Assembly (NCBI GenBank): GCA_965116495.1
Contig: OZ220696.1
Coordinates: 1,600,001 to 1,664,000, forward strand
DNA length: 64,000 bases
Direction of reading: 5' to 3'
Source of the DNA: Gammaproteobacteria bacterium
Lineage (GTDB): Bacteria > Pseudomonadota > Gammaproteobacteria > Eutrophobiales > Eutrophobiaceae
Under the pieces are notes generated by a model, which saw nothing but the letters and a program-made list of their open reading frames with translations, was not told the origin of the DNA and made no database searches. Of this stretch, positions 61,318-64,000 are shown piece by piece. The stretch's first letter is position 1, and each line of letters opens with the position of its first letter. The translations under genes and the position numbers were made by a program.

Positions 61318-63021
61318 TCAACTCTCCAACTCTTCTTCTGACATGTGGTGTCTGGGGTGGACCGGGCGCATGAAGGCGTTGCTGACCAGTGCGATGGCGA
61401 GCAGCAGGGCCATGAGGTACATGGTGCTGTTATACAGGTTTGTAGTCGGGTCGACCGTGCCGGGCGGGGCGATGTCCATCAGGCTGGCTATGGTCACGGT
61501 TTTTGCCTGTACCAGTGCGGGCAATTGGTCGATGCCGGCGCCGAACGCCTCGATAAACGCTGCCGGGTCAATCTTGCCGACCAGGTCGTCAATGGCCCGG
61601 GTTACGGCGTTTTCCCGCAGCGAGGTAATAGCCAGGGGGCCCAGCACGCCGGCGGTGCTCCAGGCGGTCAGCAGGCGGCCGTGGATACCCCCGACGTATT
61701 TCGTCCCAAAAATGTCGGCCAGGTAGGCCGGGATGGTGGCGAAGCCGCCGCCGTACATGGTGAAGATGATCATGGTGGCGGCGTAGAAGTACACCAGCCA
61801 GACTACCACGGGGTTGACGCTGACCTGCTGCGCGGTATAGGGAATGGAGCAATACAGCAAGATGCCCAGCGCGAAGAAGATCCAGTAGGTGTTGCGCCGG
61901 CCGATGTAATCCGAGGTGCTGGCCCATATAAACCGCCCCACCATGTTGAACACGCTGATCATGACGACGTAGGTTGCGGCAAATGCCCCGTCGACGATAT
62001 GCGGCAGGGTTGTGCCGAATATCTCGGTCATCATGGTCTTGGCCACGCCCAGCACGCCGATACCGGCGGTGACGTTAAAACAGAGTACGATCCATAACTG
62101 GTAAAACTGCCGGGTTTTCAGGGCCTGGTCGATGTCCACGTGGTTGCGCGTCATCATCTTCTTTTCGGCATGCGCCTCATCCGGTGGGGTCCAGCCTGCC
62201 GGTTGCCAGCCCGGAGCGGGCAACCGGTAGGAAAACGCGGCGATCATCATGATGACAAAATAAATCGCGCCCATGGTGAAGAAGGTCGCGGCGACACCGA
62301 CTGACCCGGTGCCCACCAGGTAAACCCCCTCGGGACCCGGTATCACCATCTGCGCGACCTCGTTGGCGCCGACAACGACGACTTCGCGCAATTCTCCACC
62401 AACTTCCGCAAAACGCCGGCCCGCCCTGGTAACCAGTTCGAGATCGGCAACCGCGCCGAGGTACTCGGGTGCCTTATAGTAAAACTGGATAAAATACTCC
62501 TTCAGGGGAGCGCCGATCATGGCGCCGCCGCCGAAACCCATTATCGCCATGCCTGTGGCCATGCCGCGCCGGTCCGGGAACCAGCGGATCAGCGTGCTGA
62601 CCGGTGAGACATAACCCAGACCCAGGCCGCATCCCCCGAGCACGCCGTAGCCAAGGTACAACAACCACAACTGGTGGGTGACGATGCCGACACCGCCGAC
62701 AATGAAACCGCCGCCCCAGCAGCAGGCCGAGACGACGCCTACCATGCGCGGTCCCACAGTCTCCAGCCACCTGCCGGCAATGGCCGCCGCCAGCCCCAAG
62801 ACTACAATCGACACGGTGAAAATCCATACGACACCCTTCAGGGTCCAGTCATCGGCGGCGCTCATCACCACGCCGACCTGCTTGATAAGGGCGGGATTAA
62901 AGATGCTCCAGGCATACACCGAACCGATGCAAAGGTGAATACCCAGGGCCGCAGGGACGATCTTCCAGCGATTGAATCCAGGTTCTGCGATGATGTGTTG
63001 CTTGGACAGGATGCCTGACAT
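61318..63021 (-). CDS. OFA-family (oxalate/formate antiporter-like) MFS transporter
   Basis: HLCIGSVYAWS, GLGLGYVSPV..LIRWFPDRRGMATGMAIMGFGGG, YGGGFATIPAY. Confidence 0.88.
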   Translation of the reverse strand: MSGILSKQHIIAEPGFNRWKIVPAALGIHLCIGSVYAWSIFNPALIKQVGVVMSAADDWTLKGVVWIFTVSIVVLGLAAAIAGRWLETVGPRMVGVVSACCWGGGFIVGGVGIVTHQLWLLYLGYGVLGGCGLGLGYVSPVSTLIRWFPDRRGMATGMAIMGFGGGAMIGAPLKEYFIQFYYKAPEYLGAVADLELVTRAGRRFAEVGGELREVVVVGANEVAQMVIPGPEGVYLVGTGSVGVAATFFTMGAIYFVIMMIAAFSYRLPAPGWQPAGWTPPDEAHAEKKMMTRNHVDIDQALKTRQFYQLWIVLCFNVTAGIGVLGVAKTMMTEIFGTTLPHIVDGAFAATYVVMISVFNMVGRFIWASTSDYIGRRNTYWIFFALGILLYCSIPYTAQQVSVNPVVVWLVYFYAATMIIFTMYGGGFATIPAYLADIFGTKYVGGIHGRLLTAWSTAGVLGPLAITSLRENAVTRAIDDLVGKIDPAAFIEAFGAGIDQLPALVQAKTVTIASLMDIAPPGTVDPTTNLYNSTMYLMALLLAIALVSNAFMRPVHPRHHMSEEELES

Positions 63022-63231
63022 GATTTACCCCTTGTTATTGTTATCTGTTTGTGCGCTCCCCGGACACCTTCATCGCCTGGTCAGACCGGGATAAATGTAA
63101 GCCATTGTAAGTGAAAAGCTACGCGGGTAGAAGTGAGTCAGCGTAATTGATTTTGACGATACCTGCGGGCTGCGCCTTGTCTTGACGTCGCTGTGTGGCT
63201 CTGAACATGTCAATATTAAGTTGAAAGAGTA

Positions 63232-64000
63232 CTAATCCCCCAGCAACTTTTCTATAAACACCATTTGTTCCGACTTTATCAGTTGTTTGTCAACGTCGCC
63301 GGGAAAACGCCTGACGTAGTTACCTCCCTGTGGAAATTCCTTCCATTTGTTTCCCGTGGAAAATGCAAATACGTCGGCGCTCTGTATATCCAGTTTCACC
63401 TTGCCGTCTGATAAGTCACCCAAGTGCCCGGCAATGCTTAACAAAGCCATTTTCCTGGGTTTGTCCACCCGATCAAATTCCAGTACGCGAAAGATATCTT
63501 TGGCCTGCTCATAGGTATAGCCGACAGATTCAACCCTGTTCAAATATCCCATCATCATGCCGAACAGTAACCGCGCAGATACCGGATTCAAGTAGTCCTT
63601 ACTGCCGACGTCAAGGACAGTGTGTATGACAGCAGGCTTTATACCTTTGTCAACAGATACATGGCACAACAAAAGAACACTGTCCTGAAAATAGATATAC
63701 CCGATCATCGATGCCAGGGAAATAACGTCTTTACCGGTAGCATCCGCGGTCATGCTCAGGCGGGCATTGATGGAAATGCCCGATACGCCCTGGTAGCCGC
63801 CCTGGGTAATCAGTGTATCCCCGAACTTTATCCTGTTAACAAGGCCCGGGCTGATAGTCAGGATTGATTCAAGACGTTTACTCTCGGCCCGTGACAGCGT
63901 TTTGCGCTGTTCCCAGTTCAATCCGGAAACCGTGTCAAAAACTTTACCCTCTACCCGGCCGGCCGCATCCCTGTTTGGGAATACCGCGTAGAATAATTCA
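63232..64000 (-). CDS. Hypothetical protein, 5' end outside window
   Basis: The frame of the 63232..63921 ORF stays open to the window edge (ELFYAVFPNRDAAGRVEG...); no recognisable motif. Confidence 0.6.
   Translation of the reverse strand, partial: ELFYAVFPNRDAAGRVEGKVFDTVSGLNWEQRKTLSRAESKRLESILTISPGLVNRIKFGDTLITQGGYQGVSGISINARLSMTADATGKDVISLASMIGYIYFQDSVLLLCHVSVDKGIKPAVIHTVLDVGSKDYLNPVSARLLFGMMMGYLNRVESVGYTYEQAKDIFRVLEFDRVDKPRKMALLSIAGHLGDLSDGKVKLDIQSADVFAFSTGNKWKEFPQGGNYVRRFPGDVDKQLIKSEQMVFIEKLLGD

Overview
64 kb of a gammaproteobacterial chromosome (inferred from gene content: lolC/E-lolD-comEC-exbBD-lpxK-trm112-kdsB, aat-infA, parE-parC-efp, xseB-ispA). No rRNA, tRNA, CRISPR array, transposase or integrase was recognised. 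Two accessory blocks stand out. (1) 4980-10596: a predicted exported LCAT-like lipase, a RoxA-like di-heme c protein and a catalase-related lipoprotein, plus a divergent exported epoxide hydrolase; this may be an uncharacterised extracytoplasmic lipid-oxygenation (oxylipin-like) module. (2) About 26.6-38 kb: an AT-richer catabolic island (AraC, TonB receptor, AhpD/CMD-like protein, hydantoinase/oxoprolinase A+B, styrene/indole monooxygenase-like gene, ABM protein) that shows decay (G8 frameshift, an internally deleted paralog) and ends in toxin-antitoxin genes. Intergenic DNA is rich in palindromic repeat families, including a 170-bp ISAs1-like MITE with a 10-bp target duplication. Other features include a fossil lolC/E 3' end, a broken ParE toxin and a probable OxyR site upstream of the rubrerythrin operon. 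Functional calls come from recognised motifs only; no searches were run.
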